IMG/VR virus record: IMGVR_UViG_3300033513_000003
Coordinates: 7,533-71,532 of that record
Strand: one strand, 5' to 3'
DNA length: 64,000 nt
Source of the DNA: a virus
Taxonomy: Duplodnaviria; Caudoviricetes
The notes below the pieces were generated by a model that did not search any database, was not told the origin of the DNA, and worked only from the letters and a program-made list of their open reading frames with translations. A program made the translations under genes and the position numbers. This document shows positions 32,261-43,537 of this stretch, in pieces; the first letter of the stretch is position 1, and each line of letters starts with the position of its first letter.

Positions 32261-33502
32261 ATGGATCAAATTAAACAACTACAACCAGACAGTGTTGCAT
32301 CACCAGCAACAAAGTCGGCTATTCGAGATTTCGTAGCAACTTGTTTAGCAGCTAAGCATAGTCGGTATCTTGTTTTAATTAGAAAACACAACCTTGAGTT
32401 ATATGCTCGCTTGCTTACCTTGTATCCAGCTCAATCGCCAGCAGAATCATTATACCTTTATTTGCATAATTTATCCACCGCCCCACTATGTGCAGCATGT
32501 AATACCAAACGTGTTAAATTTGAAGCGTTTTCTAAAGGATATGGTAAGTATTGCAGTACTACATGCAGTGCAGTATCCCAACATCGAACAACGAAGCGAC
32601 AACAAACGAATTTAAAAAAATATGGTCATACGAACGTGTTAGCATCTCCACACGGGTTAAGCAAACGAACAGTCACAATAAAAGAAAAATATGGAGTCGA
32701 TCACTACACCAAAACTCAGGAATTCAGAAATAAGTTCACTGCTACAATGACTGAAAAATACGGAACACCGCATGCAATGCAATCTTCTGTGCTGGCACAA
32801 AAATACAAACAATCGATGCAAGTAGGATATGGAGTAAATCACCCATCACAGAGTAAAGAACTGTATGTAACTCGTAATAACGCGATGAAACAAAAATATG
32901 GAGTCCTGCATGCCATGCAAAACGGGGGGCTACGAGAGAAGCACAGGAGAACTCTGCAAGCAAACTATGGAGTCAGTAGTCCACTCCAAAGTCCTATTAT
33001 ACAGCATCGCATGAGACAAACAATGATTGAATTGTACGGCAAAGAATATACATCTCAAGTAGATTTCTTGTTCGATCGGATGAGGCAAACTAATATAGAA
33101 AAATACGGGGTTGAGTATCCTCAACAATCAGAGAATATACGAAGAAAAACGCGCACAAACATGGAAAGACTGAGGAAATGGATACCCGAGACGCTTCTAA
33201 CAGATTTTGCATTATATTATAAACGTGTCTGGCAAGTAACCAATAAACAACCATTGGATTCTCTACCTTTATTCGAACATAGAGGTTTAGCCGGAATTGA
33301 TGGGGCACACCACGTTGACCACAAAGTATCAATTAAGTACGGGTTCGAGAATAATATTCCTCCGTTTATTGTTGGCAATATTCACAACCTCGAGATGTTG
33401 CCGTGGAGGGATAATGTATATAAAAGCAGCCGATGTTCCATAGATCCGGAAATATTGTTTGATGTCATATTTGCCTCAACTATTAGTATGCAGCAGCCAT
33501 GA
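32261..33502 (+). CDS. Homing endonuclease-like protein with KYGV repeats
   Basis: C..C/YCS..C zinc module, ~7 KYG(V) repeats, HHVDHKVSI...NLEML HNH-like end; late promoter at ~32219. Confidence 0.7.
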   Translation: MDQIKQLQPDSVASPATKSAIRDFVATCLAAKHSRYLVLIRKHNLELYARLLTLYPAQSPAESLYLYLHNLSTAPLCAACNTKRVKFEAFSKGYGKYCSTTCSAVSQHRTTKRQQTNLKKYGHTNVLASPHGLSKRTVTIKEKYGVDHYTKTQEFRNKFTATMTEKYGTPHAMQSSVLAQKYKQSMQVGYGVNHPSQSKELYVTRNNAMKQKYGVLHAMQNGGLREKHRRTLQANYGVSSPLQSPIIQHRMRQTMIELYGKEYTSQVDFLFDRMRQTNIEKYGVEYPQQSENIRRKTRTNMERLRKWIPETLLTDFALYYKRVWQVTNKQPLDSLPLFEHRGLAGIDGAHHVDHKVSIKYGFENNIPPFIVGNIHNLEMLPWRDNVYKSSRCSIDPEILFDVIFASTISMQQP

Positions 33503-35357
33503 TAATCAGTATTGTGCCAGAAGGCCAAGCTGTAATCACACCTGTTGAAGTTGTGTAGTTAGCAATTGTGATAGTGGATGTTGTAGACGATGTCACTACT
33601 GTTTGCTGCAATAGGTTTACGTTTGTTGGGTTGAACACCTGAATAATAGCATTCCATCCGTTTGCAGCAGCAGGCATACCAATAATACCAGAGCTGGCAG
33701 CACCGCCTGAACCAATGTTGACGCGGAAAGTCAGCGAACCGTTATTACTTACAATAGATGGAGCTGTACCGAAACCAGTTGAAATTGTTGGAGCAGTAGC
33801 GGAAGCTAGCAATGTTCCTGCGCCTGCACCAGTTGCCATACGAACAGCAGGAACAGCAACACCAGTTGTACTGAATTGAGCAAGCTGTGTTGTAGCAATA
33901 CCACCTGTGTACAACGTAATTGTATCGGCACTACCAACCGACAGACGACCATTGCCAGTTGCATAGTCGAGTACCGCTCCGTCGGTATACGTAGATGTAT
34001 AAGCACCTTGGCTACATGTACCACCAACAAGTGTCAGACCCGTGCTTGCCAAGAAACCAGCAGAGACGGGCGTTGTGCTATTCAGAGGTGTGGTATTGAA
34101 CGAAATAGCCGACTGAAAGTTTGTTCCAGAGAACGTGCTAGTTGCAACAAAGTCGATGGATGCGCAATACGCATACGCTGTGCCACTCCAACCCCATCCG
34201 TCAATAAAGCCAAATACGTCATTTGCAGCTGTAGGAGCTGCACCTCGAGTTTGAGCTTTCAGGCCGATTGATGCTGCACTTGAGTTATTTGTGCTATATC
34301 CAAGACCTGTAAAGTTATAGTTACCGGCAGATTCTGGAGTCAATGACAACACACCACCATTTACAACCAGCATATCACCTGTTGTAGTTGTTGGGAAAGT
34401 CGTTGTTCCAGTTGTCGTTAGTGTTGGTGGTACGTTTGTGCCAATTAATGTCTGACCGGCAGCATAGTTAATAGCAGTACCATCTAGATACAAGTTCCAG
34501 CGGTTTGTGCCAGCATTCTGCTGACCACGGAATGCCATGACGTTAGTTATAGTTTGGCCAGCTCCTTGTACCACGTTACCAGCATCAAAGGCTGCATATG
34601 TTGTGATGTTTGTGGTAGTTGCAGCATTAATAGTCATAGATGCAGCCTGGAACGCTACGGCCGACGGGATAGTGCCACCGATTGCGGCTGCACCCAGATT
34701 TAGACCGGCATACTCACCATACATTGCAGTAGGTGCGTTGGCATTATTGTGTGTTGTATAGGTAACATTACCATATTCAGTGGTGCCTGCAACAACTGGA
34801 GTAAACGATGGGCTAGTGTAATTGCCAATTAGTTGTGTTGTTGCAGCCCCGCCTGTTAGTGTAACTGTATTCAGCACACCTGTTATTGATGCGGAATTAT
34901 TGGTGTTTGTGCCAGTGAGTTGGAGCTGGTAATTTCTTAGCGAGGTGCTTCCGTTCAGATTTAGCGAATTTGTCGTAAGCAGAGCATTTATTGTATCCAG
35001 CGAATATACAACGGACCAAGTTGGAGCTACACCCGCTGCCGCAGAAGGTGCAGACCAGAATTCTTTAACACCACCTACGTCAGACCAACGCTCTAACCAA
35101 CAAATATCGAGCACGTCACGGCCTGCCCATATACCAGTAACAGGATCCACTGATACGTTATATGAGATACCAAGTTCGATATTGCCAGTAGTTGCTGCAA
35201 TAGAATCGCCCCACTCACGAACCAGAGCACCGACAGGAGTTGTAGTGCGTAGTAGTCCGGAGAATTGTTGATTGATTGGTCCTAAAACCAACGTATCGGC
35301 AACGGCGAGTTGCTGCATATTTCCAGCATTTAAAATTAATGGTTGTCTATTTGCCAT
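33483..35357 (-). CDS. Fibre-like virion structural protein
   Basis: G/T/A/N-rich beta-strand composition; MANRQPLIL...QQL start. Confidence 0.65.
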   Translation of the reverse strand: MANRQPLILNAGNMQQLAVADTLVLGPINQQFSGLLRTTTPVGALVREWGDSIAATTGNIELGISYNVSVDPVTGIWAGRDVLDICWLERWSDVGGVKEFWSAPSAAAGVAPTWSVVYSLDTINALLTTNSLNLNGSTSLRNYQLQLTGTNTNNSASITGVLNTVTLTGGAATTQLIGNYTSPSFTPVVAGTTEYGNVTYTTHNNANAPTAMYGEYAGLNLGAAAIGGTIPSAVAFQAASMTINAATTTNITTYAAFDAGNVVQGAGQTITNVMAFRGQQNAGTNRWNLYLDGTAINYAAGQTLIGTNVPPTLTTTGTTTFPTTTTGDMLVVNGGVLSLTPESAGNYNFTGLGYSTNNSSAASIGLKAQTRGAAPTAANDVFGFIDGWGWSGTAYAYCASIDFVATSTFSGTNFQSAISFNTTPLNSTTPVSAGFLASTGLTLVGGTCSQGAYTSTYTDGAVLDYATGNGRLSVGSADTITLYTGGIATTQLAQFSTTGVAVPAVRMATGAGAGTLLASATAPTISTGFGTAPSIVSNNGSLTFRVNIGSGGAASSGIIGMPAAANGWNAIIQVFNPTNVNLLQQTVVTSSTTSTITIANYTTSTGVITAWPSGTILIIMAAAY

Positions 35358-35374
35358 GGTTAAGTTATCCTAAA

Positions 35375-37342
35375 TTACAACATAATTGGTTGTTGAGTCG
35401 ACAATTTCATTGTCGTGGTGCTCAAAGCGATGCCCACAGGTGCAACATAGTGTCCAGCTACAGATGGAGCCACCAGTGTCAATTGCCCTGGCGTTTCACT
35501 TAGATAATAAACTGCACCTGTTGTTAGTGTTGCTGCACCTGTTACAGCTGTCCAGTTGGCTGAAGTGAAAGTACCAAACACTGTAATATTTCCTGTTGCA
35601 CCTGTTGCAATACTCGAATCCGCAACAAAACCAATAACTAGTGATGACGCAAGTGTTGTTGCATTTGCCATATCAACGTGACCCGATGTAGATGCATATA
35701 CTGGTTGTCCAGCAGTGATTGCACCTGCATTGCTATTGATAGCTTGGTATGCTCCAGGTAAACCAACACTTACAACGCTCCACGTAGATCCCAACGAATA
35801 CAAGTTCAATTGACCCGTAGATGTGTTATACCACATCTGTCCAATCAATGGGTGGGTTGGTGGCGTAGTGTTCGCCCAATGTTCTGTCATGTGAAGTTGG
35901 CTAGTTTGTACAGCCTGACCCCACGGTTCGGTGTTGTTATACATTGCTGCTCCTCTGCCAACAAGCTGCAGAGAAGACAATGGATTTGGTGTGTTGTACT
36001 GAATGAAGCCAAAAGGAACAACTGGTATTGGGAATACCAAGAAACCATTACTGATGTACATTGTGCCATCAGGTGGTGAACCAACAGGAACAGTTCCGTT
36101 GACGGTGATAACTGTATGACCAGCTAGGTATGCTACACTGGAAATTAAGTAGATGCCGTTACCTGTGCCTGTGTTACCAACGATAACAAAAGTTTTGCCT
36201 GGTGCTAATGCTGGCAGTGCAGTAAAGTTGCCCAATATAGACCATGTTCCACTCACACCTGTTGTTACAGCTGTAATAGCTTGAGCGTATGTTCCAGAAA
36301 CTAGCGAAGTCAAATTCGCTGTAGACACGGCTTGCGTTACAACGCTTGTGATACCTGCTGAGTATGTTGCAGAGAGTACGGTAAAATTCTGGTATGTATA
36401 GTAGCTGTTGTTCTTGATGACGATTGGGAAACCAGGCGTTAAAATAGTGCTGAAGTCGCCTGCAACTCTCCACGTGATGTCATATGTTGTTGCATTGATT
36501 TGCGTAATCGCTGTTGGTGCAACAAATTCTAGTTGTTGAGATGTAGGCGGTGTAACATTACCTGTTGCAGTAGCGCCGACAGGAATTGGATTGTTAATAC
36601 CTGTTGTATTAACAGTAATGACAGTTACGGCGGTTGCAATTGTGCCTGCGATTGTTGCAGAGTTAGGTATTTGTTCTACCGCCGTAATGACAGTGTTACC
36701 GCCAACGAAAGCAGCAGACGAAACCGTGTATGTACCTGCAGCACCATTGTTCACTACATTAAAGTGTTGACCTGGAACAAAGAATGCTGTTTGGTTACCT
36801 GCAATTGTCCAAGTGCCAGCGCCAGGAACACCTGGCGATACGCCTGTAATGGCGTATGATGTATTTGACGATACTGCAGACAGTGTTCTATATGTTAGGT
36901 TAGCACCAGGAAAACTGTTGCCAGATACTGTAAATGTAGAGCTTGGATAGAACAAGTAATTACCGTTATATGCACCGCTGATAGTCCATGTGCTATTTCC
37001 GCCAGTTGTTGGAGATACGGCAATAATGGCAAATGCTAGAGATGCAAGTGGTGTTGTTGGATCAAGCGGTATGCGGGTATTGCCCGACACATCTAGCGAA
37101 CTGCCAGCTGAACCAACCTTGTATGATCCAAGATATGGAGTAGATCCAACAATGCTGAACACCAACCCAGCTGTAAAGCGAGCAATGGAGTTTCCTGCAA
37201 TAATAAGTGTTGCTTGGTTGCCACTGAAGTCAATGTCGAGTATTTGACGTGGTGTGGACTGCGCATTGTCGCCATTGCCTTCAAGCGCATACACTGTACC
37301 TAGGGTTGTACCGTTGGTTAACGTAAAAGTATAATCAGACAT
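35375..37342 (-). CDS. Virion structural protein (fibre/baseplate-like)
   Basis: Repeated W.I.G.....F..G..F.V modules; GQMWYNT; C-terminal GQPVY...GAVYYLS domain. Confidence 0.65.
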   Translation of the reverse strand: MSDYTFTLTNGTTLGTVYALEGNGDNAQSTPRQILDIDFSGNQATLIIAGNSIARFTAGLVFSIVGSTPYLGSYKVGSAGSSLDVSGNTRIPLDPTTPLASLAFAIIAVSPTTGGNSTWTISGAYNGNYLFYPSSTFTVSGNSFPGANLTYRTLSAVSSNTSYAITGVSPGVPGAGTWTIAGNQTAFFVPGQHFNVVNNGAAGTYTVSSAAFVGGNTVITAVEQIPNSATIAGTIATAVTVITVNTTGINNPIPVGATATGNVTPPTSQQLEFVAPTAITQINATTYDITWRVAGDFSTILTPGFPIVIKNNSYYTYQNFTVLSATYSAGITSVVTQAVSTANLTSLVSGTYAQAITAVTTGVSGTWSILGNFTALPALAPGKTFVIVGNTGTGNGIYLISSVAYLAGHTVITVNGTVPVGSPPDGTMYISNGFLVFPIPVVPFGFIQYNTPNPLSSLQLVGRGAAMYNNTEPWGQAVQTSQLHMTEHWANTTPPTHPLIGQMWYNTSTGQLNLYSLGSTWSVVSVGLPGAYQAINSNAGAITAGQPVYASTSGHVDMANATTLASSLVIGFVADSSIATGATGNITVFGTFTSANWTAVTGAATLTTGAVYYLSETPGQLTLVAPSVAGHYVAPVGIALSTTTMKLSTQQPIML

Positions 37343-37352
37343 TCACTTTCCT

Positions 37353-39941
37353 TTATTTGGTTATGGTGAATTCGAGCATCGAATTCGGAGCAGGGAGCGC
37401 ATTAAACATGATCATGTCGCTGAACGTATTTATATCGCCCAATTCCTTGTAAGATAAATCAACTACAGGGGCAAATGTGTCAACTTCAGGTGGCAAACCA
37501 CCCAAACCTCTCAAGGTAGAGAACAGATTTACGTCGGTTATAACAATAGAAGAACCTACACCAGTTGTGTCGGAGTAGATGCTTAGTATTGCGTCTGTAG
37601 CATTTGTGCTAAACGTAAAGTTACGTTGAATTGATGGCATATTTTCAAACACCGTTGTGGCTCCATTAGTCAACGTCATCGTACCAGTTGCTGTGGTGCC
37701 CACTGGTACCGTACCAGTAACAACTATTGTGGTGCTACCAGCAACAAACGACCTAGATGCCACAGTGTAATTGCCGTTAGCTGCAGCAAAGCTATTAGTA
37801 GCCACGGTAAATGCGATACCAGGCTGGAAGTAGTTAGTTACGTCACCAACTACTGTGAATGAGCCGCTTGCACCTGTTACTACTGCTGTAATAGGATATG
37901 CTAAGAATGGTGCATTGAGTGCATCCATCAGTTTATCAAATGTAAATGGTGTTGTCACTACGTTAGCAACTGCTATAGTCGATACCGGCGAACCATCCAC
38001 AGTTATGTGAGCTGAATAAGTTCCAACTGTCAATCCCGTATCACTTGCAATGTTGAGTGTTGTTGCTGGATATGTTACTTCATACTCAGCACGTTCGCTT
38101 GCCATTTGTTTGATGCCATTCAAATGCACATTCAGTGCATTGTGTTCAACAATGTACACAAATGGCATGAAATATGATTGAGGTTCTAGTGTTCCACCAG
38201 TAGTTGCTCCGCCAGGAATTGTGCCGGTTACAGTAAATGTTGCTGTGGTACTATTAATGGAAGCAACTTTAATAGAAAATCCTGTTCCTATTCCGCTTAG
38301 TGGTGATGACAAGATATCGCCAACAGCATATCCAAAACCACCACTTCCAAGCACCACACTTGTAACCGCACCGCCCGCAACTGTAATTGTAGCAGTCGCT
38401 AATGCACCAGCCCCACCATATAGCTGGACGTTAGAGTATGTACCGTTAGCATAACCACTACCTGGCACGAGTGTACCAAATGTCAAAATGTTTTCGTATG
38501 ACGATGACAAAATAGTATATGTGCCGTTCCCTGCACCACTACCCGCAACTACAATTGTTGCTCCTGGATTAAGTTGCTCCATGTAGTTGCCTAGCGCAAC
38601 AGTAAACGTACCGTTAAGGCCTGTTACAACGCCGGTAATAGTGTGCTGCAGGTGTTGCACAATATAGCGTGCATTGCGCAGATACAATTGGTACATATCT
38701 GCGTCGAAGAAGTTCATTGCCTGATCGAGCGTAATCGTTGGATAGGATGGTAAGTCAACGGACAATTCGCGCAAGCGCGAGACAATATTAGTTGGATTGG
38801 CATTTACAGTAACATTCGTATCCGATAGAGGAATGGATACAAAACCAGGTATAGTAACAGATGGTGTTGTTCCACCTGTGTTATTCAGCGTTAGCACACC
38901 CGTTGAGATATTAAATGAGCCAGATGTTAGTACACCATCGCCTGGTGCAGCAGCAATTGCGGCATCCACATATCCCTTTGTTGCAGCATCCGTAGAGAAT
39001 GTTGGAGAACCTACGTTGTTGAGAATTGTTCCACCTGCGTTGAACCCAACGCCAGGGCTTAGTACCAGGTTTCCACCCGTAATACCAAGTCCGCCAACAC
39101 TAATAGTCAAAGTACCCGTTAGTGTTCCACCAGTCTTTGGTAGATATAACGTAGACAGACTATCAACATATCCTTTAGTTGCAGCATCTGATGCAATAAC
39201 AGGTGTGCCGATGTTGTTAACGACCGAACCACCACCGTTAATGGTAACACCTGCGCCAACTGTTAGTGATCCGCCAGTGATGTTAATACCACCTCCGGTA
39301 ATCAGCAATGTGCCAGTCATCGTATCACCAACTTTAGCAACAAAGTCTGCGGAAGCAAGTGCTATCAGTGATGTAATTTGCGTATCTACATAGTTTTTAT
39401 TTGCAGCGTCTGTAAGATTTACAGGAGTATTAGGCAGTGTAATGTGTGTAGTGCCTGTCATGACCAAATTGCCAGACAGCGAACCACCAGTCAAAGGAAG
39501 ATACAAACTATTTGCTTGGCCCAGGGACAAAGCATCCGTAGCTAAAGTGGCGGTTCCAAGATTTATGATCTTATGGCCGTTTACGTTAAGATCTGTGGTG
39601 AGTGCACCATTGAGCACAACAGCATTCCAAACATTTGGACCCGTTGCATTAGTTTTGAGACGAAGTTCGCTGGTATCGTTTTTGAACCACAGTTGACCTT
39701 GGATTGCGTATGCTGGTTCTACTGGACCTGCAAAATGCTCCAACATATGAACAAAGTCACGCTGAAATGGTTCACCATAGTCGGCATGGCCTTTACCGAG
39801 CAAAATTAGTGATGTATTTGCCGAGACAGCTGTTGGATACAGAGGCGTAGATTGCTCAGGTGAAGCAGGTCCGTTCGCCGTGTATGGTTTGATTGTAAAC
39901 GGAGCTTTCGCTGGGTCCGTAAAATATATTGTATAATCCAT
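37353..39941 (-). CDS. Virion structural protein (fibre/baseplate-like)
   Basis: L.GKG..DYGE...GQLWF N-terminus; DAATKGYVD repeats. Confidence 0.7.
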   Translation of the reverse strand: MDYTIYFTDPAKAPFTIKPYTANGPASPEQSTPLYPTAVSANTSLILLGKGHADYGEPFQRDFVHMLEHFAGPVEPAYAIQGQLWFKNDTSELRLKTNATGPNVWNAVVLNGALTTDLNVNGHKIINLGTATLATDALSLGQANSLYLPLTGGSLSGNLVMTGTTHITLPNTPVNLTDAANKNYVDTQITSLIALASADFVAKVGDTMTGTLLITGGGINITGGSLTVGAGVTINGGGSVVNNIGTPVIASDAATKGYVDSLSTLYLPKTGGTLTGTLTISVGGLGITGGNLVLSPGVGFNAGGTILNNVGSPTFSTDAATKGYVDAAIAAAPGDGVLTSGSFNISTGVLTLNNTGGTTPSVTIPGFVSIPLSDTNVTVNANPTNIVSRLRELSVDLPSYPTITLDQAMNFFDADMYQLYLRNARYIVQHLQHTITGVVTGLNGTFTVALGNYMEQLNPGATIVVAGSGAGNGTYTILSSSYENILTFGTLVPGSGYANGTYSNVQLYGGAGALATATITVAGGAVTSVVLGSGGFGYAVGDILSSPLSGIGTGFSIKVASINSTTATFTVTGTIPGGATTGGTLEPQSYFMPFVYIVEHNALNVHLNGIKQMASERAEYEVTYPATTLNIASDTGLTVGTYSAHITVDGSPVSTIAVANVVTTPFTFDKLMDALNAPFLAYPITAVVTGASGSFTVVGDVTNYFQPGIAFTVATNSFAAANGNYTVASRSFVAGSTTIVVTGTVPVGTTATGTMTLTNGATTVFENMPSIQRNFTFSTNATDAILSIYSDTTGVGSSIVITDVNLFSTLRGLGGLPPEVDTFAPVVDLSYKELGDINTFSDMIMFNALPAPNSMLEFTITK

Positions 39942-39986
39942 TAGATGTCCTCAATGCGCATAAACAATATTTATGCAAATGCCATG

Positions 39987-41291
39987 TTATATAATTGGGC
40001 CCAAGCGTGTGCCCGTAAGAGCCCAAGTAATATATCCATTTCCTACCACTGCATTACCTGCAATGCCTGGTGCAGGGAAAGCTGGTGGGCCATATACTGT
40101 CATAGAACCACCACCTCCAGCGCCAAGGCTGCCACCAGCACCGCCAAGCGTAATACCCGAATAACCGCCAGCTCCACCCGTTGTTGCTGTACCGGGTGCA
40201 CCAGCTGCATATACGTTAGCATAAGCTGGACCTCCCGTACCTGGTGGTTCTCCAGCACCACCGCCACCACCCGATGCACCGATTGTGCCATAGAAAGAAA
40301 TCAAAGCTGCCTGGCCACCGCCTCCACCGCCTGCAATGACGCCGTTGTTTGTAATAGTTATTGGATACTGAACATGCAAAGCACTACTGCCACTGGTAGG
40401 TGCAGTGTAATCCCAGTTAAACTGCGAGTGTCCACCATTACCACCATAACCAGTAATGGTGCCACTATTGGCGAGAGTCAGAACTGAAGCTAATGGAAAT
40501 GGACCACCTGTATCTAATGCGTATGGTAGATTTCCTGTTCCGGCAGCTCCAAAGGTGCCGCCGCCAAATACATACACACCACCGTTGATAGTTAAATTCA
40601 TGTGCAGGGGAGTAAGTCCATCCCATCCTGCGGTTATAGCAGCGCTGCGCATGTTATAACCTGGAGTATTGGCTGATAGTGTCACATTTAATGTATATGT
40701 GAGTGGCTGGCCTACCACAAACGTCAATGCACTTAGCAATGCATTAAAATCATTGTGGCTTACTGGATTGCCCGTTGACATATGCATTGCTGCTAGTGTC
40801 GTTAATGCCACGTTGCTTAGGTTAAATGTATTCATCTGCAAGATTGCAGCTTGAAAAGCATTAAAGTCCGATGCATTTATTGCATGCCCAGTAGTAACAG
40901 TTGGCAATGCTGACATGGCATATACAGCGCCTATGATTGCATTTGTCTGCAGGTTGCCCGTAATAATGAACGTAAAACCCGAGCTACGTATTGTTACAGG
41001 TACAGAGCTGAATAAACCACCCGATGCAGACGTAAAAACAACTGTGGCCGATATAGCCGATGCGTATATTGGTGTGGGTACAGTTATTGTAATGGTTGAC
41101 AGGTTAGTTGATGGCGAATATACAGCAGATGTTACTGTATATGTACCGTTCAAAGCTGTAACAGGAGTTCCAATAATTTGCATGTAGAACGGCCCACGTC
41201 GAGTAAACTCGGCTTGGAGGTTCGTTGCCAATGACTGGTAATTAGCAGCTGAACTTGGCTGACCAGCTGATACAGGCGATGGTAGTGGCAT
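39987..41291 (-). CDS. Gly-rich tail fibre/receptor-binding-like protein
   Basis: C-terminal GGGGGG-rich domain ending GTRLG. Confidence 0.65.
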   Translation of the reverse strand: MPLPSPVSAGQPSSAANYQSLATNLQAEFTRRGPFYMQIIGTPVTALNGTYTVTSAVYSPSTNLSTITITVPTPIYASAISATVVFTSASGGLFSSVPVTIRSSGFTFIITGNLQTNAIIGAVYAMSALPTVTTGHAINASDFNAFQAAILQMNTFNLSNVALTTLAAMHMSTGNPVSHNDFNALLSALTFVVGQPLTYTLNVTLSANTPGYNMRSAAITAGWDGLTPLHMNLTINGGVYVFGGGTFGAAGTGNLPYALDTGGPFPLASVLTLANSGTITGYGGNGGHSQFNWDYTAPTSGSSALHVQYPITITNNGVIAGGGGGGQAALISFYGTIGASGGGGGAGEPPGTGGPAYANVYAAGAPGTATTGGAGGYSGITLGGAGGSLGAGGGGSMTVYGPPAFPAPGIAGNAVVGNGYITWALTGTRLGPII

Positions 41292-41302
41292 GCTCTATCC
41301 TA

Positions 41303-42766
41303 TTAAGCGTATACTGCTGGGAATACTTGTTTCCAGTTAACACCTGGAGCAGAGTTAATGTAGATAACACCCGCTACAACTGCAATATCACCAGCCTTAC
41401 CTGAACCAGCAATGCTTGCATAGAGTGTTGGGGCATTTGTATCCACATACGTTTTGTTTGTTGCATCTCCAGCAGCAGTTGGTGCAGCTACGTTATTAAT
41501 CTGGTGAGAGTTCATATTCACCGTAGCATTCATGGTCAACGTGCCGGTCATTGTTCCACCAGCTAATGGCACATATGTTGCTGCATTAAATGCAGTCATG
41601 CTAGCTTCAGTGGTATCAACATACGTTTTGTTTGTTGCGTCTCCACCAGCTGACGGGGCTCCAACGTTGTTGATTACGTTAGAGTTCATGTTTAGAGCTG
41701 CATTAATCTGCAATGCACCTACTAATGTACCGCCGTTAATGTGAAGGAAGGACGAATCAGCATACGATTTATTGACGGCATCGCCTAAGTTTGTAGGTGT
41801 TGCCACGTTGACTACTTTGTAAGTATTGCCAAGATCAATATTTGCACTAGCCACTGTAGCTGTGCCGTTCAATGATGGACCAAGAATATTTTGCCATGCT
41901 GTACCAGACCACATAGATACACGGCCAGTTGACGTATCCAGCCACATTCCACCTTTTTGGGGTGTAGCGACAGCTGGTGATTGCACATCAACAACTACGG
42001 GTGCTGTCCACTGTGATGCGTATGCATCATATATTTTCAATTCCTGCGATGGAACAGATGTAGGAATGCCATTTGTTGGACCGGTATCGTAGTGACGGAT
42101 TAGCCACGTATTAGCTTCTTGTGCATATGCAGAGTCGTAACGGTACAGTGTGGCTGTTGTGGGATCAATGTAGTAGTCACCAATAATAGGTGTCAGTGGT
42201 ACTGTGGCTGTGATATGAATAAATCCTGTGCCAGCAACAAGACTCCATCCTTTGGTAACGGTATTGTACACGTACCAACCGTGGTCACCATATACAAACG
42301 AAAATCCTGCACCACCCGGAAGAGTTGCAGTCAGTATATCACCAAGTCGGTAGCCAGTACCGTAACTTGTGATAGTTACAGTTGTTACAGCATTACCTGC
42401 AATTACAATAGTTGCAATAGCACCAACACCAGAACCACCAAGAAGTGGTGTATTTGTGTATGTGCCGTTGGTATACGAAGAACCACCGGATAACGTACCT
42501 ACTACACGCGTGCTATCCCAAAAGTGATAAACTGTTCTGTGCCATAGTTGGCCACCAACAGGATTATGTGGTGGAGTTGAACCGGCAAAACTTTCTGCAA
42601 GGCGAAGCAAGTCTTCGTCTACAGATTCACCCCATTCCAAAGCACCACGTCCATATAGTCGAAGCGTTGTCGAAGCTTGGGAACCGCCAGGGCCGTCAAA
42701 ACCGCCTGGTTGAATGGTAAAACCTGGTTTTAAAGGATCGGTGTAACTGATATTATAAGCTGCCAT
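41303..42766 (-). CDS. Virion structural protein (fibre/baseplate-like)
   Basis: LYGRG...WGE...GQLW N-terminus as in 37353-39941; DATNKTYVD repeats; late promoter at ~42803. Confidence 0.7.
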   Translation of the reverse strand: MAAYNISYTDPLKPGFTIQPGGFDGPGGSQASTTLRLYGRGALEWGESVDEDLLRLAESFAGSTPPHNPVGGQLWHRTVYHFWDSTRVVGTLSGGSSYTNGTYTNTPLLGGSGVGAIATIVIAGNAVTTVTITSYGTGYRLGDILTATLPGGAGFSFVYGDHGWYVYNTVTKGWSLVAGTGFIHITATVPLTPIIGDYYIDPTTATLYRYDSAYAQEANTWLIRHYDTGPTNGIPTSVPSQELKIYDAYASQWTAPVVVDVQSPAVATPQKGGMWLDTSTGRVSMWSGTAWQNILGPSLNGTATVASANIDLGNTYKVVNVATPTNLGDAVNKSYADSSFLHINGGTLVGALQINAALNMNSNVINNVGAPSAGGDATNKTYVDTTEASMTAFNAATYVPLAGGTMTGTLTMNATVNMNSHQINNVAAPTAAGDATNKTYVDTNAPTLYASIAGSGKAGDIAVVAGVIYINSAPGVNWKQVFPAVYA

Positions 42767-42832
42767 GTGTGTAACCCAAATAAGAAGAGTGGTGTTTCTT
42801 ATTTATGGCAGCTTATATCTTACTGAGGGTGT

Positions 42833-43537
42833 TTAGATCCCAAGTTCCTGAACTAAAATTTTGATTGTTTCCACTTCTTTTGTGTGGTCTTTCAACTTGG
42901 TTATCCACCGTTCGGGCTGAATTAGCGTTTCCAGAATGATTCGTTGTTCAGAAGTGGTGTTATTTGCGAACATCAGTTTGAACTTTTTGCTAAGCAGCAA
43001 TAACCACGGTGACAATTTGCGAGTTCGCAGCAACTGGATTATATCTGGAGCTTGCAACTGGTCAAAGATGTTCGAAACATCCACGTGCAATCTTTCGGCG
43101 TGTGTCAACAACGTGTCCACTGAAATATTGACCTGTTCAAGTGGCGACGTCTTGTGGTCCAAGAACTCAAGGTACATTGAATACACTTCATCTTGCATCC
43201 ACATCGTAGGTGAGAAGTCTTTTTCTACCATTAGCCATATGAACTTTTCAGGCAGTGGCATATCCACCGACTTAGCAAAGTTGGTGAAATTGATGAAGGT
43301 GCGGAAGTATTTGGACGTGGTGAATGCTCCTGCTGGCGGCGGCATTCGTTTCTTGTTCCTCATCCATAGTTGATAATAGTGGAGCGCAGCTTGACCCGTT
43401 GGAGATCTTAATTCCTCCTCGCGTTTCATAGCTGTACACTTATGCTCAAGGTATCTGCTTTCGATCACAAATACCTTGTGGCAATACCGGCATACGAAGT
43501 TACTTTCCGTATATGTTGTACGACGAGAAAAATTCAT
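42833..43537 (-). CDS. Hypothetical protein with N-terminal C2HC zinc finger
   Basis: FVCRYCHKVF...LEHKC. Confidence 0.7.
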   Translation of the reverse strand: MNFSRRTTYTESNFVCRYCHKVFVIESRYLEHKCTAMKREEELRSPTGQAALHYYQLWMRNKKRMPPPAGAFTTSKYFRTFINFTNFAKSVDMPLPEKFIWLMVEKDFSPTMWMQDEVYSMYLEFLDHKTSPLEQVNISVDTLLTHAERLHVDVSNIFDQLQAPDIIQLLRTRKLSPWLLLLSKKFKLMFANNTTSEQRIILETLIQPERWITKLKDHTKEVETIKILVQELGI

